Shown: positions 26,313 through 36,293 of the stretch, one piece after another | Layout of the letters: each line of letters starts with the position of its first letter | Position numbering within the stretch: position 1 is the stretch's first letter | IMG/VR virus record: IMGVR_UViG_3300032278_004243 | Coordinates: 1 to 61,053 of that record | From: a virus | Taxonomy: Duplodnaviria; Caudoviricetes | Reading direction: 5' to 3' (one strand) | DNA length: 61,053 nucleotides | Program-made: the position numbers and the translations under genes | The notes under the pieces: model-generated | Told to the model about the DNA's origin: nothing | Database searches by the model: none | Seen by the model: the letters and a program-made list of their open reading frames with translations, nothing else

Positions 26313-27729
26313 CACCGGCGTCCGGCTCCAGTCCGGGATCAAGTTCGGTCGGGCGAGGGGGCGCAAGCTCTGCCTCCTTGATTTCCTCGTCGGTGATGTT
26401 CGAGAACACACCGGTCTGTTCGGCCGACTGTTTCAACTCGCGCATCGCCGACGGCGCGCTGATCAGGCCAAGCTCCGAAGCAGTGCCGACCGCATCGACG
26501 ATCGTTTTCGCCAGCTCACCCTTTTCGGTGTCGGACATCTGCCAGAGCGGGTTGAATTCTGCCCGGAAGCCATCCGGCGGCGCGCCGCCAACAGCAGAGC
26601 GGTAAAGGATCGTCGAAAGCTTGTTGACCGGCTGCCGCAGGTCTTTCTGCTGCTTCGCCTTGATGGCGTCGTAGTAGTTGCGCAGATCGCTCTCGCCAGT
26701 GCTGTTGAGCCCCGCCGGCGACTGACCGAAGAGACGGACCAGCGGGATTTGCGTCGCGCCGGACAGCTGTTGACCGAAGCCGAGCAACAGATCGTTTAGC
26801 CCCGCGAACGAATAGGTGTGCGTCTCGAAATCATCCTCGGCATCGAGCAGGGTCAGGCCTTCGCTCGACTGGAACCGGCGGATGGCTTCGACGTGTTTCT
26901 CGACTGCCGTCTGGGCTGCCCCGCCGGCGGCGAGGATGCTGCGGAGCCCCTTGATCTTCAGCGTCCGCAGGTATGCCTTGAAGATCAGCTGTGCCGATCC
27001 TTGGCTGGCGCTGTCATAAGCCACGAGCCGATCGTACATGCGCTCGACCACGGACATTCCCCACCCGGATTCGGCGATACGCTGGAAGTAGGGCAGTTTA
27101 ACGCCCTCCATGCGGATCACGCGCGAGTGATGAATATCCTGCATCGGAAACGCGGAGGCTTGGGGGCCAACTTTGTAAATCTCGGGCCTGCCAACGATTC
27201 TACCGTCAGTCGCGACGACATCGGTGGTGATTGGCAGCAATTCCCAGCGGCCGAGCGGCACGATACCGAGAAACTGGCCGCGGTCGATCGTCTCCACACG
27301 GAGCTCGGTCGCCATGTCTTGGCCGTCGATGCAGAGCACGCCGATCGCGCCGCCGTAGAGCCGTCCCCACTGGATCGTTTCCTGCAGTGACTGCCAGATC
27401 TGCAGATCATCCTCGGCGGCGCGGATGAGCTCGATCTCGTCCGGCTTGATCGTCGAGCCGAAGTCGACGCCCTCGCGGGTCATGTCCTCGGCCACGGCAT
27501 CGACAACGGCGCCGACCACCCACGAACCGCGATACATGGCTTCCAGCGTGCGCGGCTGCCTGCTCAGCAGGTTGGACAGCGCGTAGGTGTTGCTGTCGCT
27601 CATGTTGCCGGTGCCGACCCCGAGACGGGCCTGCATGTTCTGGAAGCTGTCGGTCGTCGCCCGGTCCATCTGCGGCCGCGCGGCGGCGGCGCTGCGGCCA
27701 CGGGCACGGCGCTGTGATCGTCGGCTCAT
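26236..27729 (-). CDS. Portal protein (DUF1073 family)
   Basis: YR.SW....VD.VAEDMTR; W.RLYGG; IPL.RLFGQSPAGLNSTGESD.RNYYD; F.PLWQ. Confidence 0.88.
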   Translation of the reverse strand: MSRRSQRRARGRSAAAARPQMDRATTDSFQNMQARLGVGTGNMSDSNTYALSNLLSRQPRTLEAMYRGSWVVGAVVDAVAEDMTREGVDFGSTIKPDEIELIRAAEDDLQIWQSLQETIQWGRLYGGAIGVLCIDGQDMATELRVETIDRGQFLGIVPLGRWELLPITTDVVATDGRIVGRPEIYKVGPQASAFPMQDIHHSRVIRMEGVKLPYFQRIAESGWGMSVVERMYDRLVAYDSASQGSAQLIFKAYLRTLKIKGLRSILAAGGAAQTAVEKHVEAIRRFQSSEGLTLLDAEDDFETHTYSFAGLNDLLLGFGQQLSGATQIPLVRLFGQSPAGLNSTGESDLRNYYDAIKAKQQKDLRQPVNKLSTILYRSAVGGAPPDGFRAEFNPLWQMSDTEKGELAKTIVDAVGTASELGLISAPSAMRELKQSAEQTGVFSNITDEEIKEAELAPPRPTELDPGLEPDAGDGPRPDIGPAGPDDEGGAAVREPVT

Positions 27730-29210
27730 GCGTAGGCCTTGATGTAGGTGTTGAGGTCGAATCCGTCCGGCGCGAAGGTGAGACCGAGCGAATCCGCGAT
27801 GTCCGGCGATCGCAGCCCACGCTTCTTCATGTCGGCTTTGCCCTCGACCACGATGCGGCCGCTGCTGTCGATGCGGTACCGAGGCGACGTCAGTTCGCCC
27901 GCAAGGTCCTCAGCGATTTCCTTCGGCAAGGCGCCAAAGCTCGGTTCCTCGGTTGCTACCCACTGGGCGACTTCGAGCCAGAGGTAATCCCTGAGCTTGA
28001 ATGCCTGCCCGTCGACCGCATCCCATTGCGTGCGTTCCGGGGCTGACTCCGACACCATGACCGCGACAACTGGCTCACCCATCTCGATGAGCCGATCCGC
28101 GACGCCGGCGCCCAGGCCGTTGGCGTCGACGTAGATCTTGTCAGCACCCCATTGCTCCCGAAACAGCTTGGCCTGCCCGGCCGTGGTCATCGTGTCCTGC
28201 TTGGACCTGATCTCGCACTTCTCGATGACGTTGCCGACGCGCAGGATAAACACGGTCCGGTCGTCGCCAAAGCGGGCGACGTCGACACCAAGCCGCCGCT
28301 CCATGCCGGGCTTGGCCGGTTCGTTCCGGGCAATTGCTGTCTCGGCATCCTCGAGCGCGATGAGCGTATCATCGTCTTGCTTCGGAAAGTCGCCATCCGC
28401 GCGGACCCGGACAACGTTGGAGCCTTCACCGAACTTGCGGACGAGGCGCTCGCGGTAGGTCGGGTCGACCAGCGGGCTGTCGGTGCACCGAAAGTGCAGG
28501 GCGGTGAAGTCGGCCCGGTCCTGCTTATGCGAGCGGGCAAAGTACCCGGTGTTGCGGGTCGGGTTGCCGACCATGAGGAGGCGCGCGCCATGCGAGGACA
28601 GCGCACCTTCGGCCACTTCGAAGATCTTGTCGTCGACGCCGCTCGCTTCTTCGACAACGAACATGATCTGCCCGTCATCCTCGATCTCCTCGATCGACGA
28701 GCCGTCCTCACTGATCAGGATGCCGCTGGCATGAAACCCCTGCAGTGCGTCCGGGTTCTCCTTTCGCGCGGTCCGCGCCACCGCGAACCACTGGTCCGGT
28801 GATCCCTTATCCGCGATCCTGTCCTGGTTGATCGTGAACAGGTTGGAGAGCCAGAGCTCAGGCGGAAGCCCGTTGACGCGGCTCAGCGCGTCGGACTTGC
28901 GCGCCCACTTGCCCAGTTCCGACCAGAGCACGTCGCGCAGCTGGCTCGCGCTCGGCGCCGTGCAGGGGATCTTGGGATAGTCGAAGCATTCGAGCATCCA
29001 CCAGATCGCGGCGGAGACCGAACCGGATTTGCCGACACCGTGGCCAGCACGGGCGCTGACCTTGGCCCCGTCAGGCTGGATGGCCGCAAGCAGTTCGGCC
29101 TGTTGGGTCGTCGGGTTCAGGCCAAGGCGCTGCTTGGCGTAGAGGATGTTGTTCTTGCGCCAGATTCCCCGAAGCTGCTGATACTCATCAAGCTGGGCTT
29201 CGGTCAGCAT
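27726..29210 (-). CDS. terL: Terminase large subunit
   Basis: Walker A AGHGVGKS, Walker B VVEEA, GNPT, RNase H-type GVDVARFGDD and RSPD.AD; likely start MLTE at 29210 (ORF open to 29285). Confidence 0.92.
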   Translation of the reverse strand: MLTEAQLDEYQQLRGIWRKNNILYAKQRLGLNPTTQQAELLAAIQPDGAKVSARAGHGVGKSGSVSAAIWWMLECFDYPKIPCTAPSASQLRDVLWSELGKWARKSDALSRVNGLPPELWLSNLFTINQDRIADKGSPDQWFAVARTARKENPDALQGFHASGILISEDGSSIEEIEDDGQIMFVVEEASGVDDKIFEVAEGALSSHGARLLMVGNPTRNTGYFARSHKQDRADFTALHFRCTDSPLVDPTYRERLVRKFGEGSNVVRVRADGDFPKQDDDTLIALEDAETAIARNEPAKPGMERRLGVDVARFGDDRTVFILRVGNVIEKCEIRSKQDTMTTAGQAKLFREQWGADKIYVDANGLGAGVADRLIEMGEPVVAVMVSESAPERTQWDAVDGQAFKLRDYLWLEVAQWVATEEPSFGALPKEIAEDLAGELTSPRYRIDSSGRIVVEGKADMKKRGLRSPDIADSLGLTFAPDGFDLNTYIKAYA

Positions 29211-29916
29211 CTTCTGCGGCCTGCCTTGCAGCAGCCAGAAGTCCGGAGACGCCGCCGGTGCTGTTGATTTCGACCGGGCCGCCATCCTTCCCGGTCAACT
29301 CGAGGCGATCCTTGAACATGCCGAGGTGGCGGGCGACGTTGTCCCAGGCCTTCTGGGGGTCGTGCATCAGTACCTCGAGGCCGTCACGGCCCTGCTTGAT
29401 GCCCGCGTAGAGGGCTCGACCCTTAGCGCTCAGATTGCGGGTGTCGGCGAAGAACGCGCGTTCATGCCCGTCACCGTCGCAACGTGGGCAATCCGGGTGA
29501 GGCGCTGCCTTGGTGGTGTACCCGTAGCCACCCTCGTCGGTGGGAGCCGCGCGCTTGTTCTGCGTCGCCTTGGTCTGGGCTTCCTCGAACTCGCCGATAT
29601 CGCGCCACTGGTAGGCGTGGCCGGCGCCGTGACAATGCCTGCAGGCGTGGCGGCGGTACTGGACCAGTTCGTTCGGATCGGCGGTCATGAGATCGTACCA
29701 CCGCTGCAACACCATGTCGGCGGTGATCTCGGTACGCTCGGAGCGCCTCTCCATCGCGGCCTTGATGGCGGTCTGGATTTCGGGCTTGTCGAGCATCTGG
29801 GACGCCATGTGGCGCGCAGTCTTCGCGCTGTAGCCGGCTCGGATGGCGGCCTTGGAGCCGCACAGGTCAATCAGGTACTCGTCGACGAAGGCTTGCTGCT
29901 TGGGCGTGAGGGCCAT
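29188..29916 (-). CDS. terS: Terminase small subunit with Zn-finger insertion
   Basis: LTPKQ.AFV.EYL.D...AAIRAGYS; CRHC...CPRC; ARHLGMF. Confidence 0.9.
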   Translation of the reverse strand: MALTPKQQAFVDEYLIDLCGSKAAIRAGYSAKTARHMASQMLDKPEIQTAIKAAMERRSERTEITADMVLQRWYDLMTADPNELVQYRRHACRHCHGAGHAYQWRDIGEFEEAQTKATQNKRAAPTDEGGYGYTTKAAPHPDCPRCDGDGHERAFFADTRNLSAKGRALYAGIKQGRDGLEVLMHDPQKAWDNVARHLGMFKDRLELTGKDGGPVEINSTGGVSGLLAAARQAAEDADRSPA

Positions 29917-30056
29917 GGTTGGGAACCTTTCCGCCGAAGGCCCGAAAAAATATTTTCAGGTCCACGTCGGCGATGACGGCCACACTCAGGATCGGTGGAT
30001 AGGATCACCTCCCTTCGATGGGCGGAAATGCCGGATTTCCGCGCTTTGCATGGCCT

Positions 30057-30095
30057 GAAAACAACGAAGCCCGGACGCTGTTTCCAGCTCCGGGC
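30057..30095 (-). terminator. Leader terminator (tR'-like) upstream of terS
   Basis: Minus strand GCCCGGA-GCTG-GAAA-CAGC-G-TCCGGGC-TTCGTTGTTTT. Confidence 0.65.
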
Positions 30096-30112
30096 ATAGT
30101 TCGTGCGCCGCT

Positions 30113-30142
30113 ATTTATGCCCGTTCCCACTCACCTCCGCAA
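30113..30142 (-). promoter_or_regulatory. Putative late promoter (pR'-like)
   Basis: TTGCGG-N17-CATAAAT immediately after the Q-like gene and before the leader terminator. Confidence 0.45.
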
Positions 30143-30149
30143 GAGCAAA

Positions 30150-30812
30150 TCACAGCAGCACCCCGCAACCCAGCGCGGCGTACCGCGCCAGCACATCGCG
30201 CTCGTCCACATCGCGCCACGTCCGCTCGCGGATGTCGGTCCAGCGATCCAGCGCCGCGATCAGCCGCTTGCGTGCGGTTGGCCAGCTCACCCGGAACATC
30301 CGGGCGGTGGCGTAGAGATCCCGATCGGCCAGCACCATATCGATCACCATGCGGCGCGGCATCGGCAGGAATCGGCGCCAATCCGAGTAGGCGCGCTCAA
30401 GCCTGACGATAGCCAGGCGTTCGACCAGAACATCCCGGCCCGAGCCCGAACTGTCCACCCGGGCTTCAAGGCTGGCTCCGCGCACCGACACGCTGCGCTC
30501 GATGAGCTCGGCAACCAGCGCGATCTCCATGGCAGCGGCGTGCTGATCGGCGGTGATCTGCCCTTTCTCGTGCATCCTCGCCATCGATGATGCCGATCGC
30601 CGGCGCTTGGTTTTGGTGAGGTGGCCCCCTTCGTCAGGCACGAAAACGTCGTCGAACTCGCCGTGCGCCTCGGCCTCCGGGGTAATGATCGGCTCCCCGG
30701 TTTCCCGCTCGAAATCGCTCATTGCGTCCATGCGGGCCTGCCACTGGGCATGCGTTTCGTCCCGGCGCTTAACCCGGGGATCTCGTTTGCGGCTGATGGT
30801 CCTAGGCTGCAT
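30150..30812 (-). CDS. Putative late-gene regulator / Q-like antiterminator
   Basis: Position between replication and packaging genes; C-terminal sigma4-like HTH (LYATARMFRVSWPTARKRL). Confidence 0.55.
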   Translation of the reverse strand: MQPRTISRKRDPRVKRRDETHAQWQARMDAMSDFERETGEPIITPEAEAHGEFDDVFVPDEGGHLTKTKRRRSASSMARMHEKGQITADQHAAAMEIALVAELIERSVSVRGASLEARVDSSGSGRDVLVERLAIVRLERAYSDWRRFLPMPRRMVIDMVLADRDLYATARMFRVSWPTARKRLIAALDRWTDIRERTWRDVDERDVLARYAALGCGVLL

Positions 30813-30889
30813 TTTTCCCCCTTGGTGATGATCTGACCGCCGGCGCAACCGAAGCGGAGTGTTTGTTAAGTTTCGTGTAGCCAACGGGC

Positions 30890-31084
30890 TCATCGTCGGC
30901 GGCCGTAGAGGCGCTTGCCAATGGCCTCGATCCACATCGCGTCGACCTTCGCGACGTCGTTCGGAAAGATGACCACGATGCCGTGCTCGTCGTAGAGCTC
31001 CTGTGCGGCTCGGCGGGAACCGGCAGGGTCCGGATCGCGCATCGACCTCGCGAACGGCGTGAGGCTGGTGCGAGTGAGGGTCAT
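30890..31084 (-). CDS. Hypothetical protein
   Basis: ATGA-coupled to the initiator gene. Confidence 0.55.
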   Translation of the reverse strand: MTLTRTSLTPFARSMRDPDPAGSRRAAQELYDEHGIVVIFPNDVAKVDAMWIEAIGKRLYGRRR

Positions 31085-32151
31085 GCCTGGATCCCGAACT
31101 GCCGGGCCTGCCAGCGCTGGAAGTCCTCAGGGGGCATCAGGGCGCGGGCCTCGAATTCGGACAGCTCACGGGGCGGATACCGGGCATCGAACAGGGCCTC
31201 GGCCTGAGCCTGCTCCTCGGCGCGCTGCCGCGCTTCCTGCGCCAATCGGGTCAGGATGGACTGGATGTACCCCGCCGGCCGCTCCGGCTTGGCGGCAAGA
31301 GCTCGGTCGAAAGCCTCTCCGACAATCTCGGCGCCGTGGGTCTTGATCCACCGAGCGATCTGGGGGCGCGCCGTCTCGCCGAGCAGCGCAACGCCGTTTG
31401 CCCAGATGACGCGGTTGGGGTCATCCTCCCCCTGAGAGTTGGATGGGGCAGGTTCTGGAGGAGGTTTGGTCCCAGTCGAATTTTCGTCAGCTCCGCCGGT
31501 ACCGCTAGGTACCGTAATATGTCCCGTCCCGTCCCGTCCCGTCTTAGCCGTGACAGTCACAGTGACTGGTTGCGTGACTGGTGTGACAGGTAGCGTGACA
31601 TTTGGCGTGACAGGTGCGTGACCAGTTTGTGATTTGTCACTACAATGCAGCGTGACCAGATCGCGCAGGTCACTGGTTTTGATGTTCCATTCCGGCGTGA
31701 CACCGACCTCCGCCAACTGGGCAAAAAGCCGTGACCGGGCCTCGCGCTCGCGAGCCTTTCGTTCAGCAGCGACCGAGCGATCTTCCTTATTTACCTTACG
31801 CTTATCCCAAGCGAGCAGCGCCTGCTTCGCCAGCGTCGGGTGATATAGCCGACCGTCGGCGCACTTGATCCATCCATGCAGCGCGTTGGCGCGCAGCTTC
31901 TTCCAAAGCTTCACGTCGCGGCCAAGATCAGCGAAGCGGCAGAGCGCAATATCATCGTCCGGCAGTGAGGCTGCAGGCACCTGACACCACGCTGCCCACC
32001 ACAAAGTAATTCCGGCGCGCCACTCGGAATCATCGGCCCGCGCGTTAAATTCGCTGCCGAAAAGATGCTGACCGAGCAGCGGCATGTACTCAAGACCACG
32101 CAGATCGCAGTCGGCCGGGGTGAGGGGTTCGGGTAGGTCTGTCATGGTCAT
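31081..32151 (-). CDS. Replication initiator (DUF1376/YdaU family)
   Basis: PLTP.DCDLR...MPL; LW..AW.QVPAASLPDDD..L; GW.KC.DGRLYHP; iterons inside the gene; coupled to dnaB. Confidence 0.8.
   Translation of the reverse strand: MTMTDLPEPLTPADCDLRGLEYMPLLGQHLFGSEFNARADDSEWRAGITLWWAAWCQVPAASLPDDDIALCRFADLGRDVKLWKKLRANALHGWIKCADGRLYHPTLAKQALLAWDKRKVNKEDRSVAAERKAREREARSRLFAQLAEVGVTPEWNIKTSDLRDLVTLHCSDKSQTGHAPVTPNVTLPVTPVTQPVTVTVTAKTGRDGTGHITVPSGTGGADENSTGTKPPPEPAPSNSQGEDDPNRVIWANGVALLGETARPQIARWIKTHGAEIVGEAFDRALAAKPERPAGYIQSILTRLAQEARQRAEEQAQAEALFDARYPPRELSEFEARALMPPEDFQRWQARQFGIQA
31521..31737. repeat. Origin-like iteron cluster (GTGAC/GTCAC repeats plus GTCCC x4)
   Basis: About 10 GTGAC copies, the first seven spaced about 9-12 bp apart, plus inverted GTCAC copies, inside the initiator gene. 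Confidence 0.7.
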
Positions 32152-33560
32152 CTCACGGCCTGGAAGGGTGCGAAAAACCGCCCGCGCGCGATTCCGGTTG
32201 TCCCGTTGCGGCGCTTGGCGAGGATGAATTCGAGGACGCCGCGGATGCGATCCATGCGATCTTCCCACCGCTCGTGCGCTTCGGCGTCATTCTGCGGCTC
32301 GGTCTGGGCGAGGTAGTATTCCTCGCGCAACAGGAAGAGCACGACATCGGCATCCTGCTCGATCTGGCCGCTATCGCGCAGGTCGGAGAGCTGGGGGCGC
32401 TTGTCTTGCCGCTGTTCGACGCTGCGGCTCAGCTGGGCCAGCGCCATGATGGCGACGTCCTCATCCTTGGCGATGGCCTTCAGCCGCTTTGAAACCTCGG
32501 ATGTCGCCTGATAGGCATCCTTCATCTTCGTGTCGGGATGCAGAAGCTGCAGGTAGTCGACGATCACGAGATTCAGCGGGTGCCCGCGCGCGGCCATGCG
32601 GCGCTTGTGGCGGCGAACCAATGTATGGAGACGGCCCACCGCAAGCGTGCCGGCATCGACAACGGTGAGCGGGATACGGGAGAGCAGTGAACCTGCCTCG
32701 GCAACGCGTTCCCGCTCCCAATTGTTGAGCCGCCGCCGCTGCAGTACCGAGTATGGGATGCGGCAGCTCTCGTGGTCGAACAGGCTGTCGGAGATCATTC
32801 GCCCGATCAGGTCTTCCTTCGACATCTCGAGACTGACGAACAGGGTGCCATGACCTCGCGAGGCGGCGCCGCGGGCGTAGGAGCAGGCGAACGCGGTCTT
32901 GCCCATGCCAGGGCGCCCTGCGACGATGTTGAGGCTCTTGGGTCGGAGCTGGCCGAGCAGCTCGTCGACGTTCGGAATAATGTGGCAGCTGACGCCGGTT
33001 ACGTCGGCATCAAGCTCGGCAAGCCAGGCATCGACGCATTCGGCCGCATCTGCCTCGACAACACTGCTCTCGGCGCGCGCGCTGACTGCAGCGTCGGCCA
33101 GGGTGCTGATTTCCGGAAGCGAGGTGTCGAGGTCAGCGCAGGCCTCGACGGCCTCGATGAGCCCCGAGCGCATGCGGCGCCGATCGGCAAGATCGGTGAT
33201 CTGGCGGGCGAGATCCCGCACGTCGCTAACCATCGCCACGGGATTGCCGGTAAGGCGAGCAAGGTAGCCGGGGCCGCCGAGCTGGTCGAGCTGCGCGTCG
33301 CCGTCGAAGTACCCCTTGATCGCGACGGGCGATGTACCGCGACCGAGTGCGGCTTCACGAACAATGACCTCAAACAGACGGCAGTGCAGCGCGATGGAGA
33401 AATCATCAGGTTTGACCCGATCAGCGATGCGATCGATGAGAAGCGGGTCCATCATCATTGCGCCGAGCAGCGTCGCCTCGGCCTCGACGTTGACGATCGC
33501 GGCCGGCGGAAGCTCGCTAGGCGTCTGCATCCTCGAAATGGTGGCGATCCCCGCGTTCAT
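32148..33560 (-). CDS. dnaB: Replicative DNA helicase DnaB
   Basis: AGRPGMGKT, SLEM, VIVDYLQL, LAQLSR, LSDLRDSGQIEQDAD, KRRNG. Confidence 0.95.
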   Translation of the reverse strand: MNAGIATISRMQTPSELPPAAIVNVEAEATLLGAMMMDPLLIDRIADRVKPDDFSIALHCRLFEVIVREAALGRGTSPVAIKGYFDGDAQLDQLGGPGYLARLTGNPVAMVSDVRDLARQITDLADRRRMRSGLIEAVEACADLDTSLPEISTLADAAVSARAESSVVEADAAECVDAWLAELDADVTGVSCHIIPNVDELLGQLRPKSLNIVAGRPGMGKTAFACSYARGAASRGHGTLFVSLEMSKEDLIGRMISDSLFDHESCRIPYSVLQRRRLNNWERERVAEAGSLLSRIPLTVVDAGTLAVGRLHTLVRRHKRRMAARGHPLNLVIVDYLQLLHPDTKMKDAYQATSEVSKRLKAIAKDEDVAIMALAQLSRSVEQRQDKRPQLSDLRDSGQIEQDADVVLFLLREEYYLAQTEPQNDAEAHERWEDRMDRIRGVLEFILAKRRNGTTGIARGRFFAPFQAVR

Positions 33561-33733
33561 GCAATCTTGTCCATGGCGACGTAGAATTCCTCAAAGCTGT
33601 CCTGACGCAGGATCAGCCAGAGGGGGTTGTTCTTTAGCTTCGGGTTCAGGGCTTCGGTCCGCAGCAACGCGGCGTGCACCTCGAACGCGAGGGTCGCCCG
33701 TTCCTCATCAGTCAGCCGCGCTGGCGCGCTCAT
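33557..33733 (-). CDS. Hypothetical protein (58 aa, absent from the ORF track)
   Basis: MSAPARLTDEERATLAFEVHAALL...; ATGA overlaps at both ends. Confidence 0.6.
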   Translation of the reverse strand: MSAPARLTDEERATLAFEVHAALLRTEALNPKLKNNPLWLILRQDSFEEFYVAMDKIA

Positions 33734-33957
33734 TCCGCGATCCTCTTCAGGTCGAGCGGTGTTTCCGTGGCGCGAGTGAGGCGACCATTACGCAGCCAGT
33801 GCACAAGCCGCTTGCGATCTGGTCCCATGACGTAGCCGCGCAGCAACCCCTTGTGGCGATGGACGTCAAAGGTGCGCTCGCCATCGCGCGTAACCACGGC
33901 GCGGATCCGCTCCTCGTCCGGGCAGCACAGCGCCGGGCCATCATCCTCGTCGATCAT
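33730..33957 (-). CDS. Hypothetical protein
   Basis: Start MIDEDD coupled to the upstream stop. Confidence 0.5.
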   Translation of the reverse strand: MIDEDDGPALCCPDEERIRAVVTRDGERTFDVHRHKGLLRGYVMGPDRKRLVHWLRNGRLTRATETPLDLKRIAE

Positions 33958-34553
33958 CGGCGCGCGCCTCCGACAAGCATCGGCTGCAGCACTTCTTCGG
34001 CGCGCCACGGCGGGATGACACCGCGCATCGAGACGCAGTAGTCGAGGATCCCGATCGCATCGGCTTCGTCGGTGTTGCGCGGATGAAGCCCGAGCTGGCG
34101 GCAGCGCTCCATGGTCAGTGATTTGAGGCTGTCCGTGGCGCTCTTGCCTGCCGCCTTGGCCTTGCGCTTCGCCTCGTTGGAATTGATTCGCCCGATGAAA
34201 GCGGGGCGCCAGGAATCGATGTTGATGCCCTGCACGATCCGTAGGCCCAACGCGTGGCCGAAGCTTTCGGCGTGCGCGGCAAGGCCGGACAGCACCCGCA
34301 GCGTGTCTATGTTGGTATGGCCTTTGAGTTTGTGCGGGTTAAGCGGCTCCTCGAAGTAGAGGGCCTCGAACCGCGACACCGCGCGCAGGTCGAGCAGGTT
34401 GGCGTGAAGCTTGGCGAAGGTCTGGCCGCGCCCTGTGTATTCGGAGCCAAGCTCCCACGAGCCATAGCGCGGCGCGCTGTCGTCGCCCATCCAGACGGCC
34501 CAGCCGGTCGAGCGCTTGGAAAGGTCCAACGCGATCATGGGAATGGCGCTCAA
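33954..34553 (-). CDS. RuvC-like Holliday junction resolvase
   Basis: IALDLS...TGWA, YFEEP and DEADAIGI acidic triad. Confidence 0.7.
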   Translation of the reverse strand: MSAIPMIALDLSKRSTGWAVWMGDDSAPRYGSWELGSEYTGRGQTFAKLHANLLDLRAVSRFEALYFEEPLNPHKLKGHTNIDTLRVLSGLAAHAESFGHALGLRIVQGINIDSWRPAFIGRINSNEAKRKAKAAGKSATDSLKSLTMERCRQLGLHPRNTDEADAIGILDYCVSMRGVIPPWRAEEVLQPMLVGGARR

Positions 34554-34607
34554 GGTATTCTCTCCGCACGTCAGAGGCGGTGCCGGAACACCGCCTCCGG
34601 GGTATCG

Positions 34608-35072
34608 TCAGTTCAGCCGCAGTTCGGTCGGCGCGGCATCGCCGGCGAGCGCGAGGTCATCATCGCCGCCGGTATGGGGCTGCAGCGTCGCCATCCGCGG
34701 CTTATCGGCCTTGCCGCCGCTGGGAACGACATCGCCGCCAGCTTGACCCGATGCGATCGTCACCAAGTTGGTCGGCTGCTTGAAGCCCATCTCGCTGAGA
34801 CCGTGATGCAGCGCGGTCAGGAAATGGTCGCGCTTGGCGTCCTCGCAGTCCTCGAGGAAAAACAGGAGATCGATGATCTTGCGCGGGAAGTTGCAGTCGT
34901 CCTTGATCCGCTTGTACGGGTCGGAGAGGTCGCCGCTCTTCTCGGCAATGAACGCTTTGCGGGGCAGGACCTCGTTGCGGTAGATCCTGATCGCCTCGCG
35001 GGCATTCGGCGCGTTGTAGACGCCCCCTTCGGCGGGAGCGCCGGTACCGGTATCCTTCTTGTCTTTGGCCAC
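34608..35072 (-). CDS. GapR/DUF2312-like DNA-binding protein (weak match)
   Basis: AAGGAGG SD before GTG at 35072 (ORF open to 35249); helical pattern like GapR (..DL.D.Y..IK...F..K.I..L..L..........R). Confidence 0.4.
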   Translation of the reverse strand: MAKDKKDTGTGAPAEGGVYNAPNAREAIRIYRNEVLPRKAFIAEKSGDLSDPYKRIKDDCNFPRKIIDLLFFLEDCEDAKRDHFLTALHHGLSEMGFKQPTNLVTIASGQAGGDVVPSGGKADKPRMATLQPHTGGDDDLALAGDAAPTELRLN

Positions 35073-35272
35073 AGCGGCCTCCTTGTCTTCGGTGGTGGAA
35101 CGGATTGGCAGGAGTTCGAACGCCTCTGCCGGCGGCGGATTGACCTCGTCTTCGTCGGCCCACATCTGCGCCTCGCGTAGCGACATGCCTGCGATCGCTG
35201 CGGCATCGGCAAGCGGCTTGAGTTCGATGTGGAGCGCGCGGCGAAACATCCGCAGCTACTGACTGCCGCCGC

Positions 35273-35431
35273 TCACCGGCGCGGCTCCAACTCCGGCGAA
35301 GGCGGCAGCCCCATCTGCTCGCGCATCAGGCGCGCCCGGGCCTTGTACCGCTCGCGCTGGTCAAGACAGGCAAGCTCGGCGAGCGCGCGGCCCGCATCGG
35401 TCGGGGTGGGACGGCGGCGAAACAGGTTCAT
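35273..35431 (-). CDS. Hypothetical protein
   Basis: GGAGG SD, ATGA-coupled. Confidence 0.5.
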   Translation of the reverse strand: MNLFRRRPTPTDAGRALAELACLDQRERYKARARLMREQMGLPPSPELEPRR

Positions 35432-36009
35432 GTCGATGCCTCCGGGTAGTCGCCAGGGCGCTCCAGCTCCCGGCGGCAGGGTTTCGAACGGTTGTTGGCT
35501 TGCTCTTTGCGAGTGGCCCAACGGCAGTTGCCGGGCTCGTAATTGCCGTCATTGTCGATGCGCTCGATGGTCAGGCCGGGAGGGCGCTCGCCCATGTCGG
35601 CCACAAAGTTCTCAAAGCTGGCCCAGCGCTCGCAAACCTTGATGCCGCGCGCTCCGTACCATGGCCATTGGGTGCTCCCTTGATCGGAGCAGCGTCGATG
35701 CATGTTCTGGAAGGTCGAGAATGTCGGTGTAATTATCCGACCAACGGTCTGGCCGTGCGTCCGCGAGCGCTCGACAGTCTTCTCGACACGAAGACAGCCG
35801 CAAGATCGCGTGTCGCCGTTGCGCAGTTCTTTTCGAGCGACAGCGACCTCTCGACCGCATTCGCAACGGCATAGCCACATCGTGCCGCGCGCCGTCTTCG
35901 CAGCGGTCCTGAGCACGGTCAGTCGGCCAAGCTTCTGGCCAGCCAGATTGACGTAGGGCTTCCGTTTAGACGGCTGCATGACGGCGGAGGACCGGTTCTG
36001 CCCGCTCAT
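35428..36009 (-). CDS. HNH-type homing endonuclease-like protein
   Basis: [45 protein letters not shown]. Confidence 0.8.
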   Translation of the reverse strand: MSGQNRSSAVMQPSKRKPYVNLAGQKLGRLTVLRTAAKTARGTMWLCRCECGREVAVARKELRNGDTRSCGCLRVEKTVERSRTHGQTVGRIITPTFSTFQNMHRRCSDQGSTQWPWYGARGIKVCERWASFENFVADMGERPPGLTIERIDNDGNYEPGNCRWATRKEQANNRSKPCRRELERPGDYPEAST

Positions 36010-36293
36010 TCGACCAAGCCCTCCCGGACCTGTCCCGCGAGATCGTCGTAAGCGGTGGCAGAGAGATCGAAGAGCGACATGACCTGTTCGCGGTCGATGC
36101 CCTTTGCGATGGCCTTGCGCGCGGCGGCGTGACGCTTCGTCTGCGCCGTGAACTTGCCGTTACGCTGCGCCAGAAAGGCGAGAATGCGGTCGCGCAGGGC
36201 GTTGCTGCCGTTTTGCATGGCAGTCCGGTGGGCGACATCGCCAGTCAGTGGACCGCCGGCGCCGTCCCAGTGGTTGGGGTGCTGACCAATCAT
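36006..36293 (-). CDS. Hypothetical protein
   Basis: ATGA-coupled on both sides. Confidence 0.55.
   Translation of the reverse strand: MIGQHPNHWDGAGGPLTGDVAHRTAMQNGSNALRDRILAFLAQRNGKFTAQTKRHAAARKAIAKGIDREQVMSLFDLSATAYDDLAGQVREGLVE

Noticed and set aside
26236-27729. Anti-CBASS Acb1 label sometimes attached to DUF1073 proteins
   Set aside because: Position and motifs indicate a portal; no appended 2H phosphoesterase (HxT/S pair) domain seen
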